The notes under the pieces are model-generated. The model saw only the letters and a program-made list of their open reading frames with translations, had not been told where the DNA came from and ran no database searches. From a bacterium (GTDB lineage: Bacteria > Zhuqueibacterota > QNDG01 > JABMRT01), in assembly GCA_016931355.1 (NCBI GenBank), contig JAFGEX010000360.1, positions 1 to 52,712 of the forward strand: DNA of 52,712 nt, written 5' to 3'. The position numbers and the translations under genes were made by a program. This document shows, piece by piece, positions 19,114 through 27,385 of the stretch. The stretch's first letter is position 1. Every line of letters begins with the position of its first letter.

Positions 19114-19141
19114 GTAGAGAGGCACGGCCGTGCGTCTCTAC
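19114..19141 (-). terminator. 28-nt near-perfect palindrome downstream of the CE15 gene (possible terminator)
   Basis: GTAGAGAGGCACGGCCGTGCGTCTCTAC. On the minus strand it is followed by ATTCCATTTTCGTT. Its right half recurs 60 nt away, overlapping the CE15 stop. Confidence 0.35.
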
Positions 19142-19197
19142 ATCGTTTGGGGTGTTGGTAATCATCAAAGAATGCGCATACGCGCGGCCGTTCGTCT

Positions 19198-20523
19198 CTA
19201 CTTCATCCACCGGTCCGCAAAATCCATGTACCGTTCCCAGTCGAAAAGGGTCACGTCATGCGCTCCTGTACGGATGTGATACCCGATTAGCCCGTCCATC
19301 ACGGGCTTGTTCAAATCCGGCATTTGTTCCGCCCCAAGTCCGGAACCGGCCAGAAGCCTGTATACCGGGTCTGCAAAAAGGGCGGAGAGGAATTCGCCCT
19401 TCGGATCAGCCCACCAGTCCTCCTCTGCGCTCGCCACATACAGAGGACGCGGCGCGATCAGCGCAAGCAGGAAATGCTGATCAAAGGGCAGCAGGTCCTC
19501 CCGGTCGTTGTACTGTCTGAAATTGCCGCAGAACCAGTGCGGGAAACGGTCATTGATCAGCGCGACCGTTTCCCCGAATATCCGTTTGGACAGGGCTGCG
19601 CCGCCGCATCCTGAATTGTTGGAAACGACCATGGCGAAACGTTTGTCCCGGGCTCCTGCCCACAAGGCCGCCTTTCCCAGCCTGGAATGCCCGATAACCG
19701 CAATCCTCTTTTCATCCACATCCGGATCTTTTTTAAGAAGGTCCAGGATCCGGCTCAGGCCCCAGGCCCATGCGCCTATGGAACCCCATTGGTCCGGGTC
19801 CGGCGTACTTTGACCTTTCCTATAAAACAGGGGGTGCAATCCGTTCTGAAAACCGTCGTCATAATCCGGGTCCATGTCTCCATAGTACGCTGTCACAACG
19901 CCGTATCCCCTCTCCAGGATACGCTCTACGGGCCATCGCGAGGATTCGGAGCCGCGCGAGGCTTCAGTGGCCCGGTTCTCCGTTATTTCCAGGGTTGAGT
20001 CGTTCGGCATCCAGGACCTGCAAAGGAAAATGCCTGTATCCGGATGTACCGCATGATTCCCCTCGAAATTGAGCCCCAGGAAGCACGGCGTCTTTCCCGC
20101 ATGCGGATTTGGAAGATACATCAATACATCAATGGTGACCTGCTTTCCGCCGCGCCGGACATGAACCGCTGCCTGTTTCCTCACCGCCTTTCCGCCGAGC
20201 GCCTGCCTGTCCGTATCCCGAATTTCGAACTTGACGGAGGCTTTTCCCGGAGGGATTCGTCCGAACATTTGCGTTTCGAGAAGCGCCAATATCTCTTTGC
20301 TTCGCTTTTTATTCCAGGTCCGCGCATGCCTGACCGGTTCGTTGTTGGAAAGAACCAACGGATCAGGCAGCCCATAGGACGGGACTCTGCCCTCGTCCCG
20401 GTTGGCTGGAAGAGGCTGCGAGGCCAGGGAGGAGAATCCGCAGGCCAGAAACAGGATGCAGGCGGGCCGCATCGCCATTCGGAGACCGGATTTGATTTGC
20501 AGGTTTATGGAGAGCATATTCAT
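19198..20523 (-). CDS. CE15-family glucuronoyl esterase-like carbohydrate esterase, secreted or lipoprotein
   Basis: GHSRLGK serine motif characteristic of bacterial CE15. Signal peptide with FLAC. GGAGG lies 7 nt upstream of the ATG. Confidence 0.7.
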   Translation of the reverse strand: MNMLSINLQIKSGLRMAMRPACILFLACGFSSLASQPLPANRDEGRVPSYGLPDPLVLSNNEPVRHARTWNKKRSKEILALLETQMFGRIPPGKASVKFEIRDTDRQALGGKAVRKQAAVHVRRGGKQVTIDVLMYLPNPHAGKTPCFLGLNFEGNHAVHPDTGIFLCRSWMPNDSTLEITENRATEASRGSESSRWPVERILERGYGVVTAYYGDMDPDYDDGFQNGLHPLFYRKGQSTPDPDQWGSIGAWAWGLSRILDLLKKDPDVDEKRIAVIGHSRLGKAALWAGARDKRFAMVVSNNSGCGGAALSKRIFGETVALINDRFPHWFCGNFRQYNDREDLLPFDQHFLLALIAPRPLYVASAEEDWWADPKGEFLSALFADPVYRLLAGSGLGAEQMPDLNKPVMDGLIGYHIRTGAHDVTLFDWERYMDFADRWMK

Positions 20524-20632
20524 GAATCAACCTCCGCAAGTCGATGAAGGGCTGCAATGAACCTGACAGTGAGCACATTTCCCTCAGGTCTGCCCCTGGG
20601 CAAGAGAACGAATCCAAACGTCTTCATCCTTA

Positions 20633-20676
20633 CAGATCGAAGATTCCCCGGCAGTGAGCTGCCGGGGAGCTTCAAT
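20633..20676. repeat. ~42-bp palindromic element (copy D, best-preserved)
   Basis: CAGATCGAAGATTCCCCGGCAGTGAGCTGCCGGGGAGCTTCAAT. It abuts the 90-nt element. Confidence 0.75.
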
Positions 20677-20764
20677 CACCTCCTGGAGGACTTTTTCCTT
20701 CGAAATCCGAAAAGGTGTCGACTAAAAAGAATGGACGGATGGAGATAGTCCTCCCGGAGGTGAT
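20675..20764 (-). mobile_element. 90-nt MITE-like inverted-repeat element (copy E1)
   Basis: ATCACCTCCTGGAGGACT...AGTCCTCCCGGAGGTGAT. Its reverse complement aligns along its whole length with copy E3. Confidence 0.7.
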
Positions 20765-20795
20765 ATGGAGGTGGCTTCCCGGACCCCGGGCACCT

Positions 20796-23408
20796 TCATT
20801 CAACCACCTCGAAACCGGCCTTCAGCCTGATGTCTTCGGACGAGGCTCCGATCAGCACTTCGAAAGCGCCGGGTTCTACAACCCATTTTTTCAGGTTGTT
20901 GATCATGGAGAGATCCTCGGGTGTCAGTTGGAAGGCAACAGTTTTTTTCTCCCCGGGCGCGAGGGGGATGCGCCTGAAACCCTTCAGGGATTTGATCGGG
21001 CGTTCTGTGGAGGCCTCAAGGTCAACCAGATAGAGCTGCACCACCTCGTCTCCGGCCAGGCTGCCCGTATTTTCAACATCGACCGTGAGCTCAAGGTTTT
21101 GATTCTTCTTGATCGCGTTCTTTTTGAACATGAGATTGCTGTAATCGAAAGAGGTGTAGCTCAGGCCGAAACCGAACGGGTAGCAGGGTTTGCCCTTGAA
21201 GTACCTGTACGTTCGGTCTTCCATGGAATAATCCTCGAAAGGCGGAAGCTGGTCCACTGAGGCGTAGAAGGTGACGGGGAGCCTCCCCGCAGGATTGTAG
21301 TCGCCGAATATCACGTCCGCAACCGCAGTGCCGCCTTCCTCTCCCGGATACCAGGCTTCCAGTATCGCCGGGATGTTCTCCTTTTCCCAGGGGAGCGCGA
21401 ACGCGCTTCCGCTGAGCAGGACCAGCACAACCGGCTTGCCTGTGGCCTGAAGGGCCTTTAGAAGGTCCGTCTGTACTTTGGGCAAAGAGATTTCCGTTCT
21501 GTCTCCTCCCAGGAAACCGGGTATTTCAACCGGCATTTCCTCGCCTTCCAGCCTGGGCGAAATGCCGCCCACCATGATCACCGCATCGGATTTGTGCGCC
21601 ATTTCCACGGCCTCTTTCATGGGATTGACATTCGGGAGGCTCCAGGACAGATGGATGACTGCGCCGTACCATTTGTCGAAATATTCGAGTCTGATCGGAT
21701 ACTCCCTGCCGGCCCTCATATAAATTGTCGCAGAACGGGTGGTCGGACCCTGTTCGCGCCAGTTGTCTATGAGCAATTTGTCGCCGATGAAAAGCCTGTA
21801 ACCGTCGTCTCCGGTGACAGCCATGATGTAATCGCCGGATTCCGGAGGGACCAGCCTGCCTGTCCACCTCACGGAGAATGTGTCCTGTCTGACTTCAGCT
21901 GCGGGTTTCGCCATGTCCCAGTTGAAGTCCACGCATTCATCCACACGCTTCAGTACAGGGCTTCCCTCGAGCAGCATGTTGTTGAAGTAACGGGCGGTCA
22001 GGCCTGTCTCTGCAAAGCCGCCTTCAGGCCTGAACGCCGACGAGGGGACGGGCGTAAAAACAGTGGCGTCCGTCCAGCCGCATCCCAGCGTGAAACGAAC
22101 CTGTGTTTTCCCGGACACTTTGTCCTTTATCCCTTCGAGCGGCGTCACGTACCTGGACGGCGTCCCGTTGTAATTGCCGAGCAGGGATTCCAGGAAATCC
22201 GCGTTGGGCCCGGTCACAAGCAGGTTTTTCAGGTCCTTTTTCAGAGGGAGCAGATTGTTTTCATTTTTGAGCAGAACGATGGATTCACGCGCAGCCTGCA
22301 AGGCAACGGCGCGGTTTGCATCGCTGTCGTTGACTTCAATGGGGATGCCTGTGTACGGCACCTTTTCCTGCGGATCGAACATGCCGAGCCTGAACCGGGC
22401 CTCGAACAGGCGCCTGGCCGACACGTCGATCTCCTTCTCTGTGATGAGTCCCCTCTCGACCGCCTGCATAAGGCTTCTGTATTCGTTTCCGCAGGTCAGG
22501 TCGCAGCCTTCCTTAACCGCCATGGCGGACGCTTCCGCCGCGTCTGCAGCCAGCTTGTGCCCCGCATAGATGTCCGTAATGGCTCCGCAGTCCGACACCA
22601 CGTATCCCTTGAATCCCCATTCGCCGCGCAGGATGCTTCCCAGAAGGCGCGGATGCGCGCAGCATGCCTCTCCGTTGGTGCGGTTGTACGCCCCCATGAT
22701 GGACCAGGCGCCTCCCTCTGTCATGCAGGCCTTGAATGCAGGCAGATAGGTTTCGTACAGGTCGCGGTCATTCGCGATTGCGTCGAACCTGTGCCTTTCC
22801 GGCTCCGGCCCGCTGTGAACCGCGTAATGCTTGGGGGTCGCGATGGTTTTGAAATAACGCGGGTGGTCCCCCTGCATGCCCTTGACGAACGCCACTCCCA
22901 GACGGCTGCTCAGATAGGGATCCTCGCCGTAGGTTTCCTGGCCGCGGCCCCATCTGGGATCCCTGAACAGATTGACGTTCGGAGACCAGAAAGTCAGGCC
23001 CATGTTCATGCCCCGGATGTTCTGTCTCACGAAATCATGATGCTTGGCCCTGGCCTCGTCAGAAATGATGGATGACAGCTGATGCATCAGGTCCGTGTTC
23101 CAGGTCGCGGCGAGTCCGATGGCCTGGGGGAAAACCGTGGCGATGCCTGCACGCGCCACTCCATGCAGGGCCTCGCTCCACCAGTCGTAGGAGGGGATGC
23201 CGAGGCGTTCGATGCCCGGAGCCCAGTTCTGCATCTCCAGCGCCTTTTCCTCAAGGGTCAGACGCGACACCAGGTCGTTCGCGCGTTTTTCCGGGGAGAG
23301 TTTCGGATTCTGAAACGGGTACTCATAGGATCCGCCGCCGCATTGGATCAGGCAGGCGACGGAAACGGCTGCGAGCATTCGGATCAGGAAAGAACAAAAG
23401 GATTTCAT
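20796..23408 (-). CDS. GH3-family beta-glucosidase/beta-xylosidase with an inserted PA14 domain
   Basis: RDPRWGRGQETYGEDP and GYVVSDCGA (nucleophile Asp) motifs. PA14-like segment LTARYFNN...FSVRWTG...GDDGYRLFI. Signal peptide. GGAGGG RBS. Confidence 0.9.
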   Translation of the reverse strand: MKSFCSFLIRMLAAVSVACLIQCGGGSYEYPFQNPKLSPEKRANDLVSRLTLEEKALEMQNWAPGIERLGIPSYDWWSEALHGVARAGIATVFPQAIGLAATWNTDLMHQLSSIISDEARAKHHDFVRQNIRGMNMGLTFWSPNVNLFRDPRWGRGQETYGEDPYLSSRLGVAFVKGMQGDHPRYFKTIATPKHYAVHSGPEPERHRFDAIANDRDLYETYLPAFKACMTEGGAWSIMGAYNRTNGEACCAHPRLLGSILRGEWGFKGYVVSDCGAITDIYAGHKLAADAAEASAMAVKEGCDLTCGNEYRSLMQAVERGLITEKEIDVSARRLFEARFRLGMFDPQEKVPYTGIPIEVNDSDANRAVALQAARESIVLLKNENNLLPLKKDLKNLLVTGPNADFLESLLGNYNGTPSRYVTPLEGIKDKVSGKTQVRFTLGCGWTDATVFTPVPSSAFRPEGGFAETGLTARYFNNMLLEGSPVLKRVDECVDFNWDMAKPAAEVRQDTFSVRWTGRLVPPESGDYIMAVTGDDGYRLFIGDKLLIDNWREQGPTTRSATIYMRAGREYPIRLEYFDKWYGAVIHLSWSLPNVNPMKEAVEMAHKSDAVIMVGGISPRLEGEEMPVEIPGFLGGDRTEISLPKVQTDLLKALQATGKPVVLVLLSGSAFALPWEKENIPAILEAWYPGEEGGTAVADVIFGDYNPAGRLPVTFYASVDQLPPFEDYSMEDRTYRYFKGKPCYPFGFGLSYTSFDYSNLMFKKNAIKKNQNLELTVDVENTGSLAGDEVVQLYLVDLEASTERPIKSLKGFRRIPLAPGEKKTVAFQLTPEDLSMINNLKKWVVEPGAFEVLIGASSEDIRLKAGFEVVE

Positions 23409-24208
23409 GGGGCCCTCCGGTTGGTCTCGGGTGATGTTTTCCCGGCCACGAATTCAATGTTGGTGGCCAGGTATTTCAGAGGCGTGAATTCCGTGCAGAA
23501 AAGATCCAGCGATTCGAATACATGGGGATGGGGATAGACTGCGCTGTTTTTCGGCAGAAGCTGTCTGTGCCACAGGTCCAGCAGTTCAAAATGCGCCCTG
23601 CGCAGAAGTCCCAGCACCTTGCTTTTGCTGAACAGAACAGGATGGTAATGATCCCCTCTCAGATGGGCCAGCCTCTGCGTCCAGGAGAAAGCATAGGGGA
23701 GGAACAGGCAGAAAAAGAGGCCGCCCGGCTTCAGGACGCGGTTGATTTCACGCAGCGATTCGGGTATGCACGGCACATGCTCCAGCACTCCGAAGCTGAG
23801 GACTGCATCCATGGATGCGGATGCATAGGGCAGTGCATACGCGTGTTTCAGCGGGTCCACGCGTATGCGAAAACGGTCAATGACCGGTGTATGCTGTCCG
23901 AAGGTGGAATCGTCGTCTCCCCTGTGAATGTCGCAGCAGCGTATGCGGACGCCCAGCCTGTTCAGAAAATAGGCGACGTGCCCTTTTCCTGCGCCCCAGT
24001 CGAGTACCTGCAGGTCGGACGGCTGCTTCCCGAGCACCGCTCTGCAGGTTTCCAATACGAACCGGGTCAGATACTGGTAGATGATCTGGCTTGCGGGATT
24101 CGCCAGGAAAAAATGGGTATCCACGTTTGCCACAGCATCCGACAGCGTCCCGTCCGGTTCGTATTTCCCGGTGAAAATTTTGTAGCGGATGCTGCGGAAT
24201 GCGTGCAT
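23405..24208 (-). CDS. class I SAM-dependent methyltransferase
   Basis: VLDWGAGKG motif I, plus GVLEHV and LKPGG motifs. Its stop overlaps the GH3 start (ATGA), and its start lies 3 nt after the folE2 stop. Confidence 0.75.
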   Translation of the reverse strand: MHAFRSIRYKIFTGKYEPDGTLSDAVANVDTHFFLANPASQIIYQYLTRFVLETCRAVLGKQPSDLQVLDWGAGKGHVAYFLNRLGVRIRCCDIHRGDDDSTFGQHTPVIDRFRIRVDPLKHAYALPYASASMDAVLSFGVLEHVPCIPESLREINRVLKPGGLFFCLFLPYAFSWTQRLAHLRGDHYHPVLFSKSKVLGLLRRAHFELLDLWHRQLLPKNSAVYPHPHVFESLDLFCTEFTPLKYLATNIEFVAGKTSPETNRRAP

Positions 24209-24211
24209 GGT

Positions 24212-25000
24212 TCAGCTCTTTCGGCCTGCGCCGGTCTTCCATCTTTCAATGGAGGCAAAAGCGTTGTGATTGTGAATGGATTCCATGTTTTCCGATTCCG
24301 CGCCGTACCAGAGGATGCGGGGATCCTGCTCCAGTTTCAGGGCAATGTCCCTCACCATGTCCTCCGCGAACATGGGCCGGCTGTATGCCGTTTCCGTGAC
24401 TGCCTTTTCATCCTCGCGCTTCAGGAGGGAATAGACCGGGCTGGACGCGCAGGCCTCCGCAGTTTCGATCAGATCTTCCAGCCAAACGAAGCTGCTGTAC
24501 CGAATCCGGATGCGCACGATGGAACGCTGGTTGTGAGCCCCGCTTTCGGAAATTTCTTTTGAGCAGGGGCACAGCGTTGTCACAGGGACTTCCACGCCGA
24601 GCATGAAATCCATCTTTCCGGAGAGGCTGCCTTCATACAAACCGGTGTATTCCACCAGGCCCATTGCGCCTGTTGCCGGAGCCGCCTTTTCGATGAAGTA
24701 GGGGAAGCGCAGGCGTATATGCGCTTCCTCGGCCTCGAGCCTGGATTTCATTTTTTCCAGCACATCGCCGATTTTGTCTATGTGAAGCTCCCGGTGATGC
24801 TCGTTCAGAATTTCGATGAAACGGCTCATATGCGTGCCGCGGAAATGATGAGGCAGGCTGACCGTCATCTCCAGGTCGCCTACCGTGTGCTGAATGCCGT
24901 TTTTCCGGTCCAGCACAGTGACCGGATACCGGAGCCGCGTGACGCCCACCCGGTCAATGCTCATTTTCCTGGCGTCAGGCTGGTTCTGCACGTCCTTCAC
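24212..25000 (-). CDS. folE2: GTP cyclohydrolase IB (FolE2/GCYH-IB)
   Basis: DVQ near the N-terminus, GTHMSRF, TLCPCSKEIS, and HNQRS motifs. The GTG start at 25000 overlaps the queF stop (GTGA). The longer ORF-track start at 25084 would lie inside queF. Confidence 0.88.
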   Translation of the reverse strand: MKDVQNQPDARKMSIDRVGVTRLRYPVTVLDRKNGIQHTVGDLEMTVSLPHHFRGTHMSRFIEILNEHHRELHIDKIGDVLEKMKSRLEAEEAHIRLRFPYFIEKAAPATGAMGLVEYTGLYEGSLSGKMDFMLGVEVPVTTLCPCSKEISESGAHNQRSIVRIRIRYSSFVWLEDLIETAEACASSPVYSLLKREDEKAVTETAYSRPMFAEDMVRDIALKLEQDPRILWYGAESENMESIHNHNAFASIERWKTGAGRKS

Positions 25001-25410
25001 TTTTTCCGCCCTGCCCTGTATTCGGTGCGCACGACTGTTTTCACGTTGCCCCGCGGATTGAAATCCCCGACCACCTCCATCCATCTCGGCCTGATGCAGG
25101 CTACCAGGTCGTCGATTATCCGGTTCACAATCGCTTCATGAAAATGGCTTTGATCCCTGAAACGGTTGATGTAGAGCTTCAGGGATTTGAGTTCAATGAT
25201 TTTCCTGCCCGGGATGTACCGGACATGGATGGTTGCGAAATCCGGGTATCCGGAGATCGGACACAGGCAGGTGAATTCAGGCAGGGTGATGGAAACCTCG
25301 TAGTCCCGGTCCGGGTATTGATTGGGCACTGCGGTGAGCCTTGAATTTCTGATTTCAAGCGTGCCTTTTTTGGGATTTTTATTCATGGTGTTTTCCTTGT
25401 GCATCGCCAT
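24997..25410 (-). CDS. queF: NADPH-dependent 7-cyano-7-deazaguanine reductase (unimodular QueF)
   Basis: EFTCLCPISGYPDFATI (catalytic Cys) and ELKSLKLY (QueF motif). Confidence 0.92.
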   Translation of the reverse strand: MAMHKENTMNKNPKKGTLEIRNSRLTAVPNQYPDRDYEVSITLPEFTCLCPISGYPDFATIHVRYIPGRKIIELKSLKLYINRFRDQSHFHEAIVNRIIDDLVACIRPRWMEVVGDFNPRGNVKTVVRTEYRAGRKK

Positions 25411-25466
25411 TCCCGGGTTGACATGAGAGAACGGACTTCCGATGGCCCCAGGGCTCAGCCCTTTTT

Positions 25467-25561
25467 ATCACCTCCGGGAGGACTATCCGTTTCAGTTCTT
25501 TCAATTCAGTCAGCAGCCTAATATAACAGAACACTAAGGGAAAAGTCCTCCCGGAGGTGAT
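25467..25561 (+). mobile_element. 95-nt MITE-like inverted-repeat element (copy E2)
   Basis: ATCACCTCCGGGAGGACTATCC...AAAAGTCCTCCCGGAGGTGAT. The interior has diverged from E1/E3. It contains the queC stop codon. Confidence 0.7.
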
Positions 25562-26235
25562 GGGACCGGATCCTCAATGCCCGCCTCCCTGAATCCCTTT
25601 TTCCTCAGCAGGCAGGAGTCGCAGGATCCGCAGGGTCTCCCCTTTTCATCCGGGTCGTAGCAGGAGAGCGTCATGCTGAAATCAACGCCCAGATCGAATC
25701 CTTTGCGAATGATTTCCGCCTTTGTCATCCGGATCAGGGGGGCGTGCACGGTCAAACGGCCGCCTGCCGCTCCTGCCGCGGTTGCGAGCCGGGCCATGGA
25801 CTCGAAAGCCCGGATGAACTCCGGCCTGCAGTCCGGGTAACCGGAATAATCCAGGCTGTTGACTCCGATGAAAATGTCCGAGGATCCGAGCACTTCGGCC
25901 CATGCAAGGGCCAATGAAAGCAATATGCTGTTGCGTGCAGGCACGTAGGTTGAAGGGATGCCCCGGCCGATTTCATCCCCTGTCCTGTTTTTCGGGACCG
26001 GCCTGTTTGAAGTCAGGGAGGATCCGCCTATGGCCGTCAAATCCTGCTTCAAAACCAGATGACGCTCCACGGACATCGCTCGCGCGATTTTTTTGGCAGA
26101 CTCCAACTCGATTTTATGCCTCTGACCGTAATCGATGCTCAGCGCATACAGGGAAAACCCCTGTTCCCGTGCAATGGCCAGTGTGGTGGAGGAGTCGATC
26201 CCTCCGCTGAGCAGTATGACGGCTTTTGGTGTCAT
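25534..26235 (-). CDS. queC: 7-cyano-7-deazaguanine synthase
   Basis: [11 protein letters not shown]-loop and a C-terminal Cys cluster [20 protein letters not shown]. The last ~9 codons and the TAG stop are encoded by repeat E2. Confidence 0.92.
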   Translation of the reverse strand: MTPKAVILLSGGIDSSTTLAIAREQGFSLYALSIDYGQRHKIELESAKKIARAMSVERHLVLKQDLTAIGGSSLTSNRPVPKNRTGDEIGRGIPSTYVPARNSILLSLALAWAEVLGSSDIFIGVNSLDYSGYPDCRPEFIRAFESMARLATAAGAAGGRLTVHAPLIRMTKAEIIRKGFDLGVDFSMTLSCYDPDEKGRPCGSCDSCLLRKKGFREAGIEDPVPSPPGGLFP

Positions 26236-26236
26236 C

Positions 26237-26986
26237 CTATTTCGCCCTGTCCGAATCCGGCCAAAGTATTTTCTGAATCTGTAGCTGAAGCCGCACCGGA
26301 AGCCTGTCCCTCAGGATCCATGCCGCAAGATCCGCGGGATTGAAGCTCCCAGCCGCTTGCTGCGGGGAATCTTCGATCTGCAGGGAAGAAGGCTTTTGGA
26401 TCCGCTTGTTTTTTCCGCGGAAAGCAGCCGGGAATGCGCTCGCTCTCGGATCCAGCCTAACCTTTGCAGGAGAGAAAAGCACCTTGGCTCTCCCGGCCAG
26501 ACCGTATTTTTTCACGATTTCTCTTGCCCACAAATAATCCGCCTCTCCGCAAAGCACGAACTTGACCTCGTCGTTTGGCTGCAGCCTGCCCAAATTGTTC
26601 CAGTCCGTTTTTTCATGCTCACCGCTCCCCGGGCATTTGATGTCCATGATGCGGATGACCCCTGCAGGGAGAAGGCTGATGTCCCGGGTGCCGTTGGTCT
26701 CCACCAAAACGGCGAAGCCGCTGTCGAGCAGGGCCCCGGCCAGCTGCGGCGTTTCCTCCTGTTCCAGCGGTTCGCCTCCCGTGATTTCCACCAGCTGGAT
26801 TTCATGGATGGAAACAGCTTTCACGATGTCCCTGACGAGCCAGAACGTCCCCTCTTCGTATGCATAGGTTGTGTCGCAGTAAGCGCATCGCAGGTTACAG
26901 CCCGTGAGGCGGATGAAAACACAGGGAAGGCCCGCACAGGAGGATTCGCCCTGAATGGACATGAAGATTTCATTGACCTTGAGCAT
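26237..26986 (-). CDS. queE: 7-carboxy-7-deazaguanine synthase (radical SAM) carrying an in-frame repeat-derived insertion
   Basis: [10 protein letters not shown], a CNLRCAYCD cluster, and the C-terminal LAAWIL...[11 protein letters not shown] motif. Start MLKVNEIF lies 2 nt after the queD stop. Palindromic repeat copy F lies inside the ORF. Confidence 0.88.
   Translation of the reverse strand: MLKVNEIFMSIQGESSCAGLPCVFIRLTGCNLRCAYCDTTYAYEEGTFWLVRDIVKAVSIHEIQLVEITGGEPLEQEETPQLAGALLDSGFAVLVETNGTRDISLLPAGVIRIMDIKCPGSGEHEKTDWNNLGRLQPNDEVKFVLCGEADYLWAREIVKKYGLAGRAKVLFSPAKVRLDPRASAFPAAFRGKNKRIQKPSSLQIEDSPQQAAGSFNPADLAAWILRDRLPVRLQLQIQKILWPDSDRAK
26339..26380. repeat. ~42-bp palindromic element (copy F) inside the queE coding sequence
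   Basis: ATTGAAGCTCCCAGCCGCTTGCTGCGGGGAATCTTCGATCTG. It is translated in frame as [15 protein letters not shown]. Confidence 0.75.
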
Positions 26987-26988
26987 GC

Positions 26989-27357
26989 TCAGGATTCCGT
27001 ATAGGTCACGGCGTACTGTTCCGATTCCCACACCGTGACGCCGGCCATGCGCACATGGGGCGGAAGCCGTTTACCCACCTCCCGGAATATGAAAATGGAG
27101 AGATTTTCCGCTGTCGGATTCGATTTGTCGAAAGGCGGGATCGTGTTGATATGCCCGTGGTCCAGCGCATCCGTGACGGATTCCGTTATCCTGCGCAGTT
27201 CCTTGAAGTCAATGCTGATGCCCAGAGCGTCCACGGAATCACATCTCACTTCGACGCGGAGCTTCCAGGTATGGCCGTGCAGTTTCCCGCATTGTCCCTG
27301 GTAGCCGTGGAGCTGATGCGCTGCGGAAAAGCGGGTTTCAATGAAGGTGTTGAACAT
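26989..27357 (-). CDS. queD: 6-carboxy-5,6,7,8-tetrahydropterin synthase
   Basis: CGKLHGHTW zinc/His motif, small PTPS fold size (122 aa), first gene of the que cluster. Confidence 0.92.
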   Translation of the reverse strand: MFNTFIETRFSAAHQLHGYQGQCGKLHGHTWKLRVEVRCDSVDALGISIDFKELRRITESVTDALDHGHINTIPPFDKSNPTAENLSIFIFREVGKRLPPHVRMAGVTVWESEQYAVTYTES

Positions 27358-27385
27358 GATTTCTCCGGCACCTTAAAAACAAAAG

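Noticed and set aside
19114-19201. A 60-nt periodic direct repeat that could be a mini CRISPR-like array.
   Set aside because: Only two units exist. The second shares just 17 nt and overlaps the CE15 stop codon, and no third unit lies at +/-60 nt.
21594-23075. Long antisense ORFs: 21594-23075(+), 23522-24562(+), 48512-49750(-), 42802-43812(-), 2277-3287(-), 15625-16467(+), 5383-6153(-) and 7139-7954(-).
   Set aside because: Each lies entirely opposite a gene with strong family motifs. Their products are Arg/Gly/Pro/His-rich low-complexity sequences typical of shadow ORFs in GC-rich DNA, and they have no RBS.
27358-27385. preQ1 riboswitch expected upstream of the que operon.
   Set aside because: The leader between the predicted -10 and the queD ATG is only ~25-30 nt (TCTTTTGTTTTTAAGGTGCCGGAGAAATC). 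It lacks the preQ1-I hairpin and A-rich tail ending in ..CUAAGG.
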